Shown: positions 1 through 10,378 of the stretch, one piece after another
How the letters are laid out: the number at the start of each line of letters is the position of its first letter
How positions within the stretch are numbered: position 1 is the stretch's first letter
Origin: an uncultured Chloroflexia bacterium
GTDB lineage: Bacteria; Chloroflexota; Limnocylindria; Limnocylindrales; CSP1-4
Length of the DNA stretch: 64,000 nt
Direction: 5' to 3'
Assembly: GCA_963752475.1 (NCBI GenBank)
Contig: CAVVYR010000001.1
Location: forward strand, 1 to 64,000
Position numbers and translations under genes: made by a program
Notes under the pieces: model-generated
What the model was told of the DNA's origin: nothing
What the model saw: the letters and a program-made list of their open reading frames with translations, nothing else
Database searches by the model: none

Positions 1-116
1 CCCAAAGCATGTGCGCTACCTCTGCGCTACACCCCGACGAGGTTCGTGCGTGGACAAGAGTACACAGCGGGGCCCTACGGCGGTAGCGGAGGGCCTACAC
101 CGCTCGAACCGCACGA
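1..116 (-). repeat. tRNA-Pro(TGG) 5'-half repeat, copy 1 (cut by window edge in the anticodon loop; could be the intact tRNA)
   Basis: Reverse complement of 1-36 = CGGGGTGTAGCGCAGAGGTAGCGCACATGCTTTGGG; upstream TACTCT; right box CTCGAACCGCACGA at 103-116. Confidence 0.9.
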
Positions 117-288
117 AGGCCTGGGTCCTCCGCAACCTCGCTAGGGCAGTGCCTGCGAAAGAACTTCGACGACCTCGGGATCGCTGAGCTCCATCACGTG
201 CACGGTGTCCCGGTGACATTCACGTGCAGCCCTTCGAACGCCGGGCCCGTCCGCGCCCTCACGACATCCTTGTCCTCTGTCTGCTGGG

Positions 289-1350
289 TTAGGCACCAAG
301 GCTGGGCTCGGTGTCGGTGTGGATCTCGCGCTGGACCGGCAGCGCATACGGGTGCTCCCGCTGGAGGTACCCGATGAGCTGCTCGCGCACGAGGCAACGA
401 AGGCTCCACTCCACGCTGGCGTCGGGGGCGCTGTAGAGCGCCCGCACCGTGATGGTGTGATCGTCGGCACCGGTCACCAGCACTGACCAGGCCTCGCCGT
501 CCCAGAGCCCCGACTCGTCGAGGATGCGCTTGTACTCGGTGCGGATCTCATCGATGGGCGCGCGGTAGTCGAGGTAGAGCTTGACCGTACCGAGCAGATC
601 CTTGGTCTTGCGGGTCCAATTCTCGAGCGGCTGGTTCACGATCTGACTGAGGGGCACGATGAGTCGGCGCTTGTCCCAGATGTAGACCACCACATAGGCC
701 GCGGTGATCTCGCCGATGTGACCCCACTCCCCTTCGATGACGACGACGTCACCGATCTTGATGGGCTGGGTGAGGGCGATCTGGACGCCGGCGATGAGGT
801 TGCCGATGAGTGGACCCGCCGCGACACCAAGCACGATGCCCAGCACGCCTGCACCGGCCAGCAAGCTGGCGGCCAGGGGCTGGACACCAGGGATGGTCAG
901 GAAAGCACAGGCGATCGCGACCAGCCAGATGATGATCGACCCGAAGCGCTGCAGCACGGCCAGCTGGGTCCTGACCTGCCGAGCCTCGAGGTCGTCCACT
1001 TCATCGGGGAACCGCGACCGGGCGACATCCTCTCCGACCAAGGTCAGGGACACCGCCAGCCATCCCAAGCCGATGATGCCCAGGAAGACGACGGCTCGAC
1101 GCACGAACTCGGCGGCTTCGGCTCCCATCCAGATCGTCGAGACGAGGATGGTCACGAGCACGACCAGGAAGCGCATCGGGTTGAGCGTGCGCTCGACGAG
1201 GTACTCGTCGAGTTTGGAGTCAGTGTGCCCATGCAAGCGGAGAGCGATGCGCCACGACACCCAGTGGATGACGATCCCGATGAGCACCGCCGCGAAGATG
1301 ATGGCGATAGCGACCAGGTCCCCGCCCGGATCACGAATCTCGATGTTCAA
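289..1350 (-). CDS. Small-conductance mechanosensitive channel (MscS family)
   Basis: TM helices, PLIGNLIAGVQIALTQPIKIGDVVVIEGEWG, ENWTR; TTG start at 1350 with GGAGG RBS. Confidence 0.9.
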   Translation of the reverse strand: MNIEIRDPGGDLVAIAIIFAAVLIGIVIHWVSWRIALRLHGHTDSKLDEYLVERTLNPMRFLVVLVTILVSTIWMGAEAAEFVRRAVVFLGIIGLGWLAVSLTLVGEDVARSRFPDEVDDLEARQVRTQLAVLQRFGSIIIWLVAIACAFLTIPGVQPLAASLLAGAGVLGIVLGVAAGPLIGNLIAGVQIALTQPIKIGDVVVIEGEWGHIGEITAAYVVVYIWDKRRLIVPLSQIVNQPLENWTRKTKDLLGTVKLYLDYRAPIDEIRTEYKRILDESGLWDGEAWSVLVTGADDHTITVRALYSAPDASVEWSLRCLVREQLIGYLQREHPYALPVQREIHTDTEPSLGA

Positions 1351-1540
1351 CTCTCGACCTCCGTCTTGTTTCGGCTCGACCCGCGCCGTGATCGACGCAA
1401 CGATAGCGAGGCCACGCATGGTCCAACTGGTGCCGTGAGGAAGTGCTACCGCTAAGTGCGGACGTCGGACGTCGGACGCCGGTGGCCAGTTCTGAGGGAG
1501 TGGTCTCCGTTGGAGCGCAGGCCGATCGGCTGGCGCGTCT

Positions 1541-2482
1541 CTAGGACGGGTCTCCAGGCACCATGACGTCCAGGGCGCCCGGCATGATGCGAGCCAGCAG
1601 GCTGCCCTCTCCCACGTAGTCGCCGTCGACTTCCAACGGCAGCGGAGTGTCGGCCTCGATCGCGATCTCGCGGCCTCGGAGGCGGAGGCTGGTGGAGCCC
1701 GAGCCGCCTCCCAGGGAGGTTCGGCGCAATTGGTCGGCCAGGACCCGGATACCCCCGATGGGACCGCGGGCACCGACCACGATGAGGTCCAGAAGCCCGT
1801 CGTCCGGCACGATGGGCAGTCGCAGGTCCATGATCCCCGGGAGGAGTCGGCCCATGTTCCCCACGAGTGCGATGGAGGCGTCCGTTTCGATGGCCCGGCC
1901 ATCCAGGGTCAAGCGGTAGGGTGTCGCGTCGAGCCGGGCGACCAACTTGAGTCCCTGGACGAGATACGCCGACCGACCGACCCTCTGCTTCCATGAAGAC
2001 GGTGTCGTGGCCATGATCCGTGCGTCCAGGCCGGCTCCGCACCCGATGGTCATGATGGTCGTACTCTCGGGCTCCCCGATCAGTCGAAGCGTGACCTCTC
2101 CGAGGTCGATGGTGTGGGGCCGAGCGGTCGCGAGGGCCTCAGCGGCCTCCTCCATCGAAGACGGGACGCCGAGGACGTCAGCGAGCTGGTTCGCGGTGCC
2201 CGCTGGGACGACGCCCAGCGGCACACCCGTGCCAGAGAGCGATGCGGCGATATCACGAAGCGTGCCGTCGCCGCCGACCCCGACGACCATGCCGACGCCT
2301 TCCGCAAGAGCGGCGTCCACCGCCGGTCGAGTCTCATCCTGGGCCCTGGTCTCGACGATCCGTGGTGCCGTCCCGTCACGTCGTGTCAGCTCGACGTTGA
2401 GCTTCTCCACCAGCGCCCGTCGTCTGTCCCCATCCCTCGCCTTCGAAGCATTGGGGTTCACGACAACGAGGGAGCCTGCCAC
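1541..2482 (-). CDS. Diacylglycerol/lipid kinase family (YegS/Rv2252-like)
   Basis: VVNPNAS, GGDGT, PAGTANQLA, EVDGD motifs. Confidence 0.9.
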   Translation of the reverse strand: MAGSLVVVNPNASKARDGDRRRALVEKLNVELTRRDGTAPRIVETRAQDETRPAVDAALAEGVGMVVGVGGDGTLRDIAASLSGTGVPLGVVPAGTANQLADVLGVPSSMEEAAEALATARPHTIDLGEVTLRLIGEPESTTIMTIGCGAGLDARIMATTPSSWKQRVGRSAYLVQGLKLVARLDATPYRLTLDGRAIETDASIALVGNMGRLLPGIMDLRLPIVPDDGLLDLIVVGARGPIGGIRVLADQLRRTSLGGGSGSTSLRLRGREIAIEADTPLPLEVDGDYVGEGSLLARIMPGALDVMVPGDPS

Positions 2483-2649
2483 GCGGGAATGCTAGCAGGG
2501 CACCAGCTCGGTTCGTGCCCAGCGTCCGCGCACGAGAGCCAGGAGCGCACCGTCGCTCGGCACCGCATCTACGGTTGTGACAGGGGCGTTGCAGGTTGCC
2601 GACACTGTGGCCACCATTGCGTCGGCTCTGGGTACGCTACCGTTCGATG

Positions 2650-2860
2650 CGGATGCAGCACGCGCGTTCGGAGGGCCGCAGCCTCACCGCGGCGTGCCGG
2701 TCGATGGACCAGCGCACGGACATATGACGCGATGATCGCGGCTGTGGCCATCGCCAACCAACTGCCCCTCTACACCTGTAACCCACGCGACTTCCAGCAC
2801 ATCGATGGTCTGGAAGTCGTGACCGTGCCAATGCCAACCCTGGAGGATGCTGATGGCTGA
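2650..2860 (+). pseudogene. C-terminal remnant of VapC/PIN toxin
   Basis: RTYDAMIAAVAIANQLPLYTCNPRDF is a typical PIN C-terminus; no recognisable N-terminal DT motif or antitoxin. Confidence 0.65.
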
Positions 2861-4016
2861 TCATCACCGCTGGCGCATCGGAGCCCGGCGGGACCGAGCC
2901 GAGACGTATCTCGTCATCACCATCGCCGCCTTCGCCATCACGGTGGGTGGCGTGCGCTGGTATCTGGAGGCGGCCGGCTATCCCACGATCGGCGATGGCG
3001 ACCTGCACGTGGCGCACGTGCTGTGGGGTGGGCTGGCCCTGTTCATCGGTGCCTTGCTACCACTCCTCTGGGTGGGCCGGCGTGCCCTGCTGCTCTCAGC
3101 GCTCCTGGCGGGCATCGGGGCCGGCCTGTTCATCGACGAGGTGGGCAAGTTCCTGACCACTTCCAGCAACTACTTCTTTGCCCCGGCCGCGCCCATCATC
3201 TACGGCAGCATCCTGCTGCTGGTCGTGCTGGTCCTGCTGGTCCGGCGGCGTGACGTGGACCACGACGACGCCACGCACGCGATCCTTGAAGCCCTGCGCG
3301 ATGGCGCGGACGGGCGCCTGACCGCTGAGGACCGCGCACGAGCCCTTGATCTCGCCGAGCGCGCCAATCACGAGTCGAAGGCGGAGGACGACGGCCTCCA
3401 GGCCATCCTCGTCGAGGCCCTGCAGTCAACGGCCATCGACGAACGTCTCGCCTCGGCGGGGCCCGTGGCCCGAGGCGACGCCCGGCGCTGGCTCGAACGC
3501 CTGCTGCCCACACGCGTCGAGCACTGGTTAGTCGTCCTGGTGCTCATCGGCAGCAGCCTTCTTGCGGCCGTCTTGGCGGTCGGCCTCGTGGCATTTGCGC
3601 TCGACCCAGAGATCGTCGACGAGATGATGGCAGACCTGGCCGCTGACGGCGGCCGCTCGGACATCCCAACCAACCCGATCTGGATGGTCTTGCTGCTCGG
3701 CGTGATCGTGGTCGCCGGCAGCCTCGCGACCGCAGCGCTCGTCCTGCTCCGCCTCGGCCGCAGCACGTTGGGGCTCAACGTAGCCCTGCTCGGCGGGCTG
3801 GTCTTCCTCGGCCTCGGAGGGCTGTTGTCGTTCTACGCCGTCCAGTTCGCAGCGCTCACTAACAACGTCCTCGGGCTGGTCTTCCTCGGCCTCATCATCG
3901 ACTACCGCATCCGCATCGCCAACAGCCCGGTCATGCCCACGCCGCCGAGCCGCATACCCGTGGTCGCGTTGCTGCTGATCCTCGTCGTCGTGGTCGTTGT
4001 GTGGAGTCTTCAATGA
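2847..4016 (+). CDS. Multi-pass membrane protein of unknown function
   Basis: Many hydrophobic segments; HVAHVLWGG and GLFIDEVGKF conserved-looking motifs. Confidence 0.75.
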   Translation: MLMADHHRWRIGARRDRAETYLVITIAAFAITVGGVRWYLEAAGYPTIGDGDLHVAHVLWGGLALFIGALLPLLWVGRRALLLSALLAGIGAGLFIDEVGKFLTTSSNYFFAPAAPIIYGSILLLVVLVLLVRRRDVDHDDATHAILEALRDGADGRLTAEDRARALDLAERANHESKAEDDGLQAILVEALQSTAIDERLASAGPVARGDARRWLERLLPTRVEHWLVVLVLIGSSLLAAVLAVGLVAFALDPEIVDEMMADLAADGGRSDIPTNPIWMVLLLGVIVVAGSLATAALVLLRLGRSTLGLNVALLGGLVFLGLGGLLSFYAVQFAALTNNVLGLVFLGLIIDYRIRIANSPVMPTPPSRIPVVALLLILVVVVVVWSLQ

Positions 4017-4077
4017 TCGGTATGCGCTCTGCCGAGAAGTGGGTCCTCGCCTTCAAAACGCAGCCGAGCGATCCACG

Positions 4078-4280
4078 CTCACGAACCGCACAATAATCGA
4101 GGCCTTCACCGCTCGGCCCACCACGCTCAGCGGGGCGGAACCTACGCCGCAAACCGCTCGTAGGCTCCCAAAGCAGGTGCGCTACCGCTGCGCTACACCC
4201 CGACGAGGTTCGTGCGTGACTAGGGTACAAACCCGCCTTGGAGGCGGTAGCGGCGGGACTGAAGCGCTTGGAGCCCGCCA
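4078..4280 (-). repeat. tRNA-Pro(TGG) 5'-half repeat, copy 2
   Basis: Reverse complement of 4164-4202 = CGGGGTG TA GCGC AGCGGTA GCGC A CCTGC TTTGGGA GC; no T-arm follows; TACCCT upstream. Confidence 0.92.
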
Positions 4281-4412
4281 TGGCATCCGCCAAGCATGAG
4301 AGACGGCACGAACTGGCGAGGGTAGGTCTTGCATTCCAGGCCGTGATGTCGTGTGATTTGCAGAACGCTGTGAGCGCTCGGGTGCGTGCACGCACACACA
4401 GGGGGATGAACC

Positions 4413-6401
4413 GTGGGTCCGATGCGATCGTCGGTGAGGGGAACGGTCAGCGGAAGGGGGCTCGCGTCCGGCGCTGCGCTTGTGCTCGCCGCATCCGCAC
4501 TGGCGGCCGCAAACGCGGGAGCAGCGGACGACGAGTCGCTGGTCTACGTCATCGGCGGCGAGATCACCACGCTGAACAACGCGGCCAATGATGGCGCTAC
4601 CGCCGCCGTGATGCCGTGGCTCTACAACGCCCTGTACGTCTACGACGAGAGCCTGACCCCCGTACCGGACATCGCGGCCGACTACGCCGAGACGAGCGAG
4701 AACGGCACCGTCTGGACCATCAGGGTTCGCGATGACGTCTACTTCCAGCCCACCGGGGAGCAACTGACCGCCGAGGACGTCGTCTTCACTTACCAGTTGG
4801 CCAACAGCCAGAACTGCCGCTTCCTCCCGGACAGCTGTCTGGCCTTCGTGACCGTCACCCCCGAGGATGCCGAGGAGCCCGTGAAGGTGCTGCAGAAGGT
4901 CGAGGCACTCGACGACTTCACCGTGCAGTTCACGCTCGCGGAGCCCTACGCGCCATTCGCCACCGGGAGCCTCGCCGGCATGCCGATCAACAGCAGGGAC
5001 GCGACCATGGCCGCGTTCGAGCGGTTCCAGCAGCAGACGGCGGACGTTCAGGCCGCCACCGTCGACGCGCTCCTGTCCGCGCTGGAGGAGGTGGATGACC
5101 CGGTCCCGCTCCGCTCGGGGGCAGAAGCCCTGCTCACGTCCGCCGGACTCGAGCTCCCGGACGAGGCGTCGTACATCGATGAGGATGGCGCGCTCGACGA
5201 GGCCCGCTACGTGGATGCACTCCAGGCCGCGCTCGACGAACTGAGTCTCGTCCTCAACGCAGAAGAGATCGACCGGGTCGCGGCCGCGTACGTCTACCTC
5301 GACATCGGGTCGGCGCCAGTCGGCACCGGCCCGTTCTACCTGTCCGAGTTGCGGGCAGGCCAGGACCTGACCCTTACGCGGAACGAGCAGTACCACCACG
5401 GACCCGCATCGCTCGCGACGGTCTACATGCCCATCATCAAGGACGACGTCGCGAGCGCCGCCGCGCTGGCCGCCGGCGAGATCGACTGGAAGGACGGCTT
5501 CACGGCCGATGGCTACGTGCAGGTCGAGGACGCCCCCGGCGTGAAGTTCGCGCGCTATCCGGACTTCGGCTACTACGCCCTCCAGTTCAACCTGCGCTCC
5601 GGGCGCCTCTTCGCCGATAGGGCCGTGCGGCAGGCGTTGGCATACTGCATCGACAAGGAGGCCACCGTCGCCGCCGCGACCGATGGCGAAGGCATCCCCA
5701 TCTACGCGGATCAGCCGCCCGCGAGCTGGGCGTACAACCCCGATGTCCCCCGCTACGAGTACGACGTGGAGAGGGCCCGGGCGATCCTCGAGGAGGCCGG
5801 CTGGATCGACGCCGACGGCGATGGGGTCCGGGAGAAGGACGGCCGCCCCCTCGCCAGCCACATCCTGCTGCGCGCCGGCAAGCCCGACCGTTCCAAGTTC
5901 ATGCACCTGCTGGCCGAACAGGTCCGCGACTGCGGCTTCGAGCTGACGTTCGAAGAGGTCGACTTCTCGCTCATGTGGGTCGGCCTCTCCTGGCCCCTCA
6001 AGTTCAGCGGGCAGGACGAGCAATGGGACGCCTACTTCGGCGGCTGGGGCACCTGGTACGACCCCGACCCCTTCAGCCTCTGGCACTCGAGCAACTGCGT
6101 GACCGCGGACAAGCCGGATCGCCTCAACTACATCTGCTTCCAGGACAAGCGGGCGGACGAGCTCATCGAGGCCGGCCAGGTGGAGCTCGACCAGGCGAGG
6201 CGGGCGCAGATCTACCAGGAGTTCGAGATGATCATGGCTCAGGAGCTGCCCTACCTGTGGGCCTGGTCCGACCAGGCGATCGAGGGTCTGGCGGAGGACG
6301 TCCACGGTGCCGACGAGTGGACCGAGGATGTGATGTCCACTCCGACCTGGTTCTGGGAGCTGGAGAAAGTCCGCAAGGGCGGCTTCCCGACCATGGAGTA
6401 G
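4413..6401 (+). CDS. Peptide/nickel-type ABC transporter substrate-binding protein (family 5) with internal helical insertion
   Basis: Signal peptide, LTAEDVVFT, PVGTGPF, VRQALAYCIDK, YDVERARAILEEAGW. Confidence 0.88.
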   Translation: MGPMRSSVRGTVSGRGLASGAALVLAASALAAANAGAADDESLVYVIGGEITTLNNAANDGATAAVMPWLYNALYVYDESLTPVPDIAADYAETSENGTVWTIRVRDDVYFQPTGEQLTAEDVVFTYQLANSQNCRFLPDSCLAFVTVTPEDAEEPVKVLQKVEALDDFTVQFTLAEPYAPFATGSLAGMPINSRDATMAAFERFQQQTADVQAATVDALLSALEEVDDPVPLRSGAEALLTSAGLELPDEASYIDEDGALDEARYVDALQAALDELSLVLNAEEIDRVAAAYVYLDIGSAPVGTGPFYLSELRAGQDLTLTRNEQYHHGPASLATVYMPIIKDDVASAAALAAGEIDWKDGFTADGYVQVEDAPGVKFARYPDFGYYALQFNLRSGRLFADRAVRQALAYCIDKEATVAAATDGEGIPIYADQPPASWAYNPDVPRYEYDVERARAILEEAGWIDADGDGVREKDGRPLASHILLRAGKPDRSKFMHLLAEQVRDCGFELTFEEVDFSLMWVGLSWPLKFSGQDEQWDAYFGGWGTWYDPDPFSLWHSSNCVTADKPDRLNYICFQDKRADELIEAGQVELDQARRAQIYQEFEMIMAQELPYLWAWSDQAIEGLAEDVHGADEWTEDVMSTPTWFWELEKVRKGGFPTME

Positions 6402-6429
6402 TCGCCGAGTCGTAGCCCCGACCCGTACC

Positions 6430-9400
6430 ATGGCGCCCATGGAGTGCGGGGGATGTGGCCGGGCGCTCGACACGGACGCCCGCTTCTGCAAGCACTGCGG
6501 CCGGCCGATCGAGGGTCGCGGGGACGCGCCTGCCACGGCTGGTCCGGGCCTCGCGCGCGAGCGCAAGGTGGCCACGCTCCTGTTCGCCGACCTCGCCGGT
6601 TTCACCGCCCTCGGTGAGGCCCACGACCCCGAGCTTGTGTCGGCGCTGGTGACCGGCACCTTCGAGCGCCTCGCGGTGGTGGTCCGCCGCCACGAGGGCA
6701 CCATCGAGAAGTTCGCCGGCGACGCCATGCTCGCCGTCTTCGGCGTACCGGCCGCCCACGAGGACGACGCCCTGCGGGCCATCCGCGCGGCGCTGGAGAT
6801 GCAGGCCGTCATGGCCACAGCGGGAGCCGACGCCGACGGTGGTCCCGAGCTTGCGCTGCGTATCGGGGTCGAGACCGGCGAGGTGCTCGTCGATCATGCC
6901 CGCCTAGCCACGGAACGCGACCTCTTCGTCACTGGCGATGCGGTCAACACGGCCGCGCGGCTCGAGGCCACGGCGGTGCCGGGCTCCGTCGTGGTCGGTT
7001 CCGGCACGTACCGCATGACCAGCCACCTCGTCGACTACGAGGCGTTGCCGGCACTCGCGCTGAAGGGCAAGGCCGCTCCGGTCTCGGCCTGGCGGGCCCT
7101 GGTAGCGCACGCTGATCGCGCGGGCGGTCGGCGCTGGCCGAGCCCCGAGGCGCCGATGGTCGGTCGGGATGCGGAGCTGGCTCGCCTGCTGGAGACAGTC
7201 GGGGTGGCGGTGGAGACGGGCCGACCACAGCTCGTCACCGCCGTCGGCAGCGCCGGCGTGGGCAAGAGCCGCCTAGCGCAGGAGTTCGAGCGGTCGTTCA
7301 CCGGGACGCCCCATCGGCCTCGCTGGCTCACGGGCCGCTGTCTGGCCTACGCCGACAGCAGTTACGGTGCCCTCGCCGAGGTCATGCGCGCCGATGCCGG
7401 TCTCGCCAACGACCCCGGGTCGGCGCAGTCGGCACTCAGAGCCCGCCTCGACGAGCTGGGCCTCGCCGCAGACGAAGAGGTCTGCGACGCGCTCGCCATC
7501 GTCCTCGGCATCGACGCGCGCCGTCGCCCCAAGGACGAGCTCTTCGCCGGCTGGCGCCGCTACCTGGAGGCCGCCGCGCAAAAGGTGCCGCTGGTCCTCG
7601 CGGTCGAGGACATCCACTGGGCCGACGAGGAGCTGCTCACCTTCCTGACCGTGCTCGTGCGCTGGGGCGAGGGTCCGGTGGTCGTCCTCTGCCTTGGCCG
7701 TCACGAGCTCCTCGAGCAGCACCCCGGATGGGGTGCGGGACTGCCCCAGGCGACGACCATCACCCTGGAGCCACTGACCACCGACGACAGCATGGCCCTC
7801 CTCGACGGGCTCCTGGGGGGCGGCATCCCCGCGAGGCTGCGCGAGCGCATCGTCGAGCTAGCCGAGGGCAACCCACTCTTCGCCGAGGAGACCGTGCGCA
7901 TGCTGGTCGATGAGGGCAGCCTGCAGCGCACCGACGGTGAGTGGCGGCTGGCGAAGCCGCTCGAGGAGCTCGAGATGCCCGGCTCGGTCCAGGCCGTCAT
8001 CGCCGCCCGGCTTGACTCGCTGCCACAGGAGGAGAAGCGCACAGCGCAGGATGCCGCGGTCATCGGCCGCATCTTCTGGGACCGATTGGTGGTCTATCTG
8101 GCCGCCGAGGACACCGACCGCACGAACGAGCACATCGGCGCGCTCCGCGTCAAGGAGCTCGTCGTGCCCCGCCTCACGTCGTCCCTCGCCGATGCCGCTG
8201 AGTACAGCTTCCACCACGTGCTCATCCATGACGTCGCCTACGACTCGCTGCCCAAGCGTGACCGGGCCCGACTGCACGAGGAGGTCGCTACCTGGGCGGA
8301 AGGACACCTCGCCGACCGCATCGGGGAGTTCGCCGAGCTCATCGCCAGCCACATCGTGGCGGCCGTCGGCTACGGGGAGGAGCTCGGCGCCGGCCGCTCG
8401 AGCGAGCTCCGCGAGACCCGGGAGCTCGCCTACGTGGCCTGCCTGCGGGCCGCCCGCCGGGCCGCCTCGCTGGACCTGATCGCCCGCGCCTGTCGCTGGA
8501 TGTGGACGGCCATCGGTCTCGGTCGCGCCCTCGACCTTGGTCCGCGCGAACTCGCCGCGCTCGCCGACGAGGACGCGACTTGGCATTGGAACTCGGCCTG
8601 GGAGGGCCACCATGCCGAGGCGCTCGCCCCCATCATCGATACCCTCGAGGCATCCCCGGACGTGACCGACCAGGACAAGCAGTTGCTGTCACGCCTCCGT
8701 TGTGCTCTCATCAAGCCGCCTCAGAAGCCTGCCGACATCCAGACCGCCGAAGCCATCCTGCACGCGGGGCTCGACCGGCTCGAGGGGGGCGACCCCTCGC
8801 CAGGCCGGGCGCGACTCCTGCGCACGCTCGGCTGGGTCACAGGTCACGCTCAACGGCACGAGGAAGCGGTATCCCTGCTCGAGCAGGCCATCGCCGAAGC
8901 GCGGGCATGCTCGGATGGCTGGACGCTGCGCTGGGCACTTATGGACATGGCCATGAATGCCTGCTTCGTGGAGGGACTGGCCGACGGTCTCGAGTTGATC
9001 GAAGAGAGCCACCGACTGGCCCTGGAGGCGAACGACCAGGGCTTGATCCATCGCTATCGGAACAACATGCCCTGGATCCGCACGGAGCTTGGGGAGTCGC
9101 CAGAGCCTTCCGTGAGCGTGTTCAAGGAGGGGCTCGCGCGTGCGCGGCGCGAAGCGGAGGGCGGTTCAGACGTCTCGTTCGCCTTCAACCTTGCGATCGC
9201 CTACTCGTGGATGGGGCGTCTCGACGACGCGCTCACGCACATCGAGGAAGCCATCTCGACGGCGCGCGCGATCGACGGCGAGTCAGACGATTGGCTCCTT
9301 GTCGACCGCGCTGTCATCCACCGGCTCCGTGGCGAGATCGCTGCGGCCGAAGGGGACGAGGCCGAGCTCGAGCGGCGTGCTTACGAGCCCCCCTTGCAGC

Positions 9401-9891
9401 TGGCCTACGTGTGGCTGATCGAACGGGCCTGGGCCGAGTGGCCCCGCGACCCCGCTGCAGCGCTTCGTGAGCTGACGGCGTATCTCGAGCGCGACGACCC
9501 ACAGGTGGACACCCGTGGGGAAGTGCCGTATGGCATCGGCCGGATCGCACTCCGGCTGGGCGACTTCGATGTCGTGCGCCGAGCGGTCGAGCAGCACCGG
9601 CGAACACGCAGGTTCGGCAACCAGGTGCTGCCGGCCATGTATGGCAGGGTCGACGGACTCATCACCGACGATGACGGCATCACGCTCGAAGCAGCGGCCA
9701 CGGCCCTGGAGGCACGTGACTACATCTGGCATTCGCTGGAGGCCTGGGCCGACGCGGCCCTGCTGGCGGCTCGGGCGGACCGGCCGTCAGTGGCGCAGGA
9801 GCGGGCCCTGGCCATCACCGAGCGCACGGGCATGCACCACCTACTCGGCCCGCTGCCCGAGACCCGTTGGATCCCCCTTCAGCCGAGGTAG
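6430..9891 (+). CDS. Zinc-ribbon + class III adenylate cyclase + AAA ATPase + TPR-like protein
   Basis: CxxC...CKHCG, LFADLAGFT, EKFAGDA, GDAVNTAARL, Walker A GSAGVGKS, EDIHWAD, GNPLF. Confidence 0.92.
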   Translation: MAPMECGGCGRALDTDARFCKHCGRPIEGRGDAPATAGPGLARERKVATLLFADLAGFTALGEAHDPELVSALVTGTFERLAVVVRRHEGTIEKFAGDAMLAVFGVPAAHEDDALRAIRAALEMQAVMATAGADADGGPELALRIGVETGEVLVDHARLATERDLFVTGDAVNTAARLEATAVPGSVVVGSGTYRMTSHLVDYEALPALALKGKAAPVSAWRALVAHADRAGGRRWPSPEAPMVGRDAELARLLETVGVAVETGRPQLVTAVGSAGVGKSRLAQEFERSFTGTPHRPRWLTGRCLAYADSSYGALAEVMRADAGLANDPGSAQSALRARLDELGLAADEEVCDALAIVLGIDARRRPKDELFAGWRRYLEAAAQKVPLVLAVEDIHWADEELLTFLTVLVRWGEGPVVVLCLGRHELLEQHPGWGAGLPQATTITLEPLTTDDSMALLDGLLGGGIPARLRERIVELAEGNPLFAEETVRMLVDEGSLQRTDGEWRLAKPLEELEMPGSVQAVIAARLDSLPQEEKRTAQDAAVIGRIFWDRLVVYLAAEDTDRTNEHIGALRVKELVVPRLTSSLADAAEYSFHHVLIHDVAYDSLPKRDRARLHEEVATWAEGHLADRIGEFAELIASHIVAAVGYGEELGAGRSSELRETRELAYVACLRAARRAASLDLIARACRWMWTAIGLGRALDLGPRELAALADEDATWHWNSAWEGHHAEALAPIIDTLEASPDVTDQDKQLLSRLRCALIKPPQKPADIQTAEAILHAGLDRLEGGDPSPGRARLLRTLGWVTGHAQRHEEAVSLLEQAIAEARACSDGWTLRWALMDMAMNACFVEGLADGLELIEESHRLALEANDQGLIHRYRNNMPWIRTELGESPEPSVSVFKEGLARARREAEGGSDVSFAFNLAIAYSWMGRLDDALTHIEEAISTARAIDGESDDWLLVDRAVIHRLRGEIAAAEGDEAELERRAYEPPLQLAYVWLIERAWAEWPRDPAAALRELTAYLERDDPQVDTRGEVPYGIGRIALRLGDFDVVRRAVEQHRRTRRFGNQVLPAMYGRVDGLITDDDGITLEAAATALEARDYIWHSLEAWADAALLAARADRPSVAQERALAITERTGMHHLLGPLPETRWIPLQPR

Positions 9892-9959
9892 GCGGTCCTG
9901 CTCGGCGCGAAAGCAGGGCCATGCTGGCTGTCGCGGGCGAAACCGGAACGGCATCGACG

Positions 9960-10163
9960 CTCACGAACCGCACGATGATCGAGCCCTTCACCGCTTCGGC
10001 CGTCACGCTCACGGGCCCCGAGCCCGCGCCGCTTGAGCCCGAAAGGCCCCCAAAGCATGTGCGCTACGGCTGCGCTACACCCCGACGAGGTTGGTGCGTA
10101 ACTAGGGTACACAGCGCGCCTCGATAGCGACACCGGTGGGCCTACACCGCTCGAATCGCCCGA
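9960..10163 (-). repeat. tRNA-Pro(TGG) 5'-half repeat, copy 3
   Basis: tRNA half at 10046-10084; left box CTCACGAACCGCACGA, right box CTCGAATCGCCCGA; TACCCT. Confidence 0.92.
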
Positions 10164-10207
10164 CACCGCGTTGACAAGGATGGCTGGGTAGCCAGCCGGT
10201 CAGACAT

Positions 10208-10237
10208 GCAACAGGTGGGCGTGTCTCAGGCCTCTCT
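10208..10237 (+). promoter_or_regulatory. Putative ECF sigma promoter GCAACAG-N16-CCTCTCT
   Basis: Same motif and spacing recur at 10974-11003 before the ECF gene. Confidence 0.7.
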
Positions 10238-10378
10238 ATGACAGGGAGGTCGCGCTCGCCGAGCTCGATGACGGCGAGGATGCGGTGCTGAGTGGCACGG
10301 TCCACCGTGCCGACCGCTAGGGACTGTAGCGGACCGCTGACCGATGCGACCCCGGACCGCGGCCGAAGGGGGATCGTC

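Noticed and set aside
4135-4202. Complete tRNA-Pro gene in copy 2 (CGCCCCG could close the acceptor stem)
   Set aside because: No T-arm (TTCGA) or intact anticodon stem, and the pairing is absent in the other copies.
3997-4299. Repeated small ORFs with PKQVRYRCATPRRG (also 9867-10127, 15290-15562)
   Set aside because: These are translations of the antisense tRNA-derived repeat; starts, stops and frames are not conserved.
4182-6818. Long antisense ORFs (also 16340-18382, 23339-24724, 32617-33891, 40508-42085)
   Set aside because: Shadow frames of real high-GC genes on the opposite strand.
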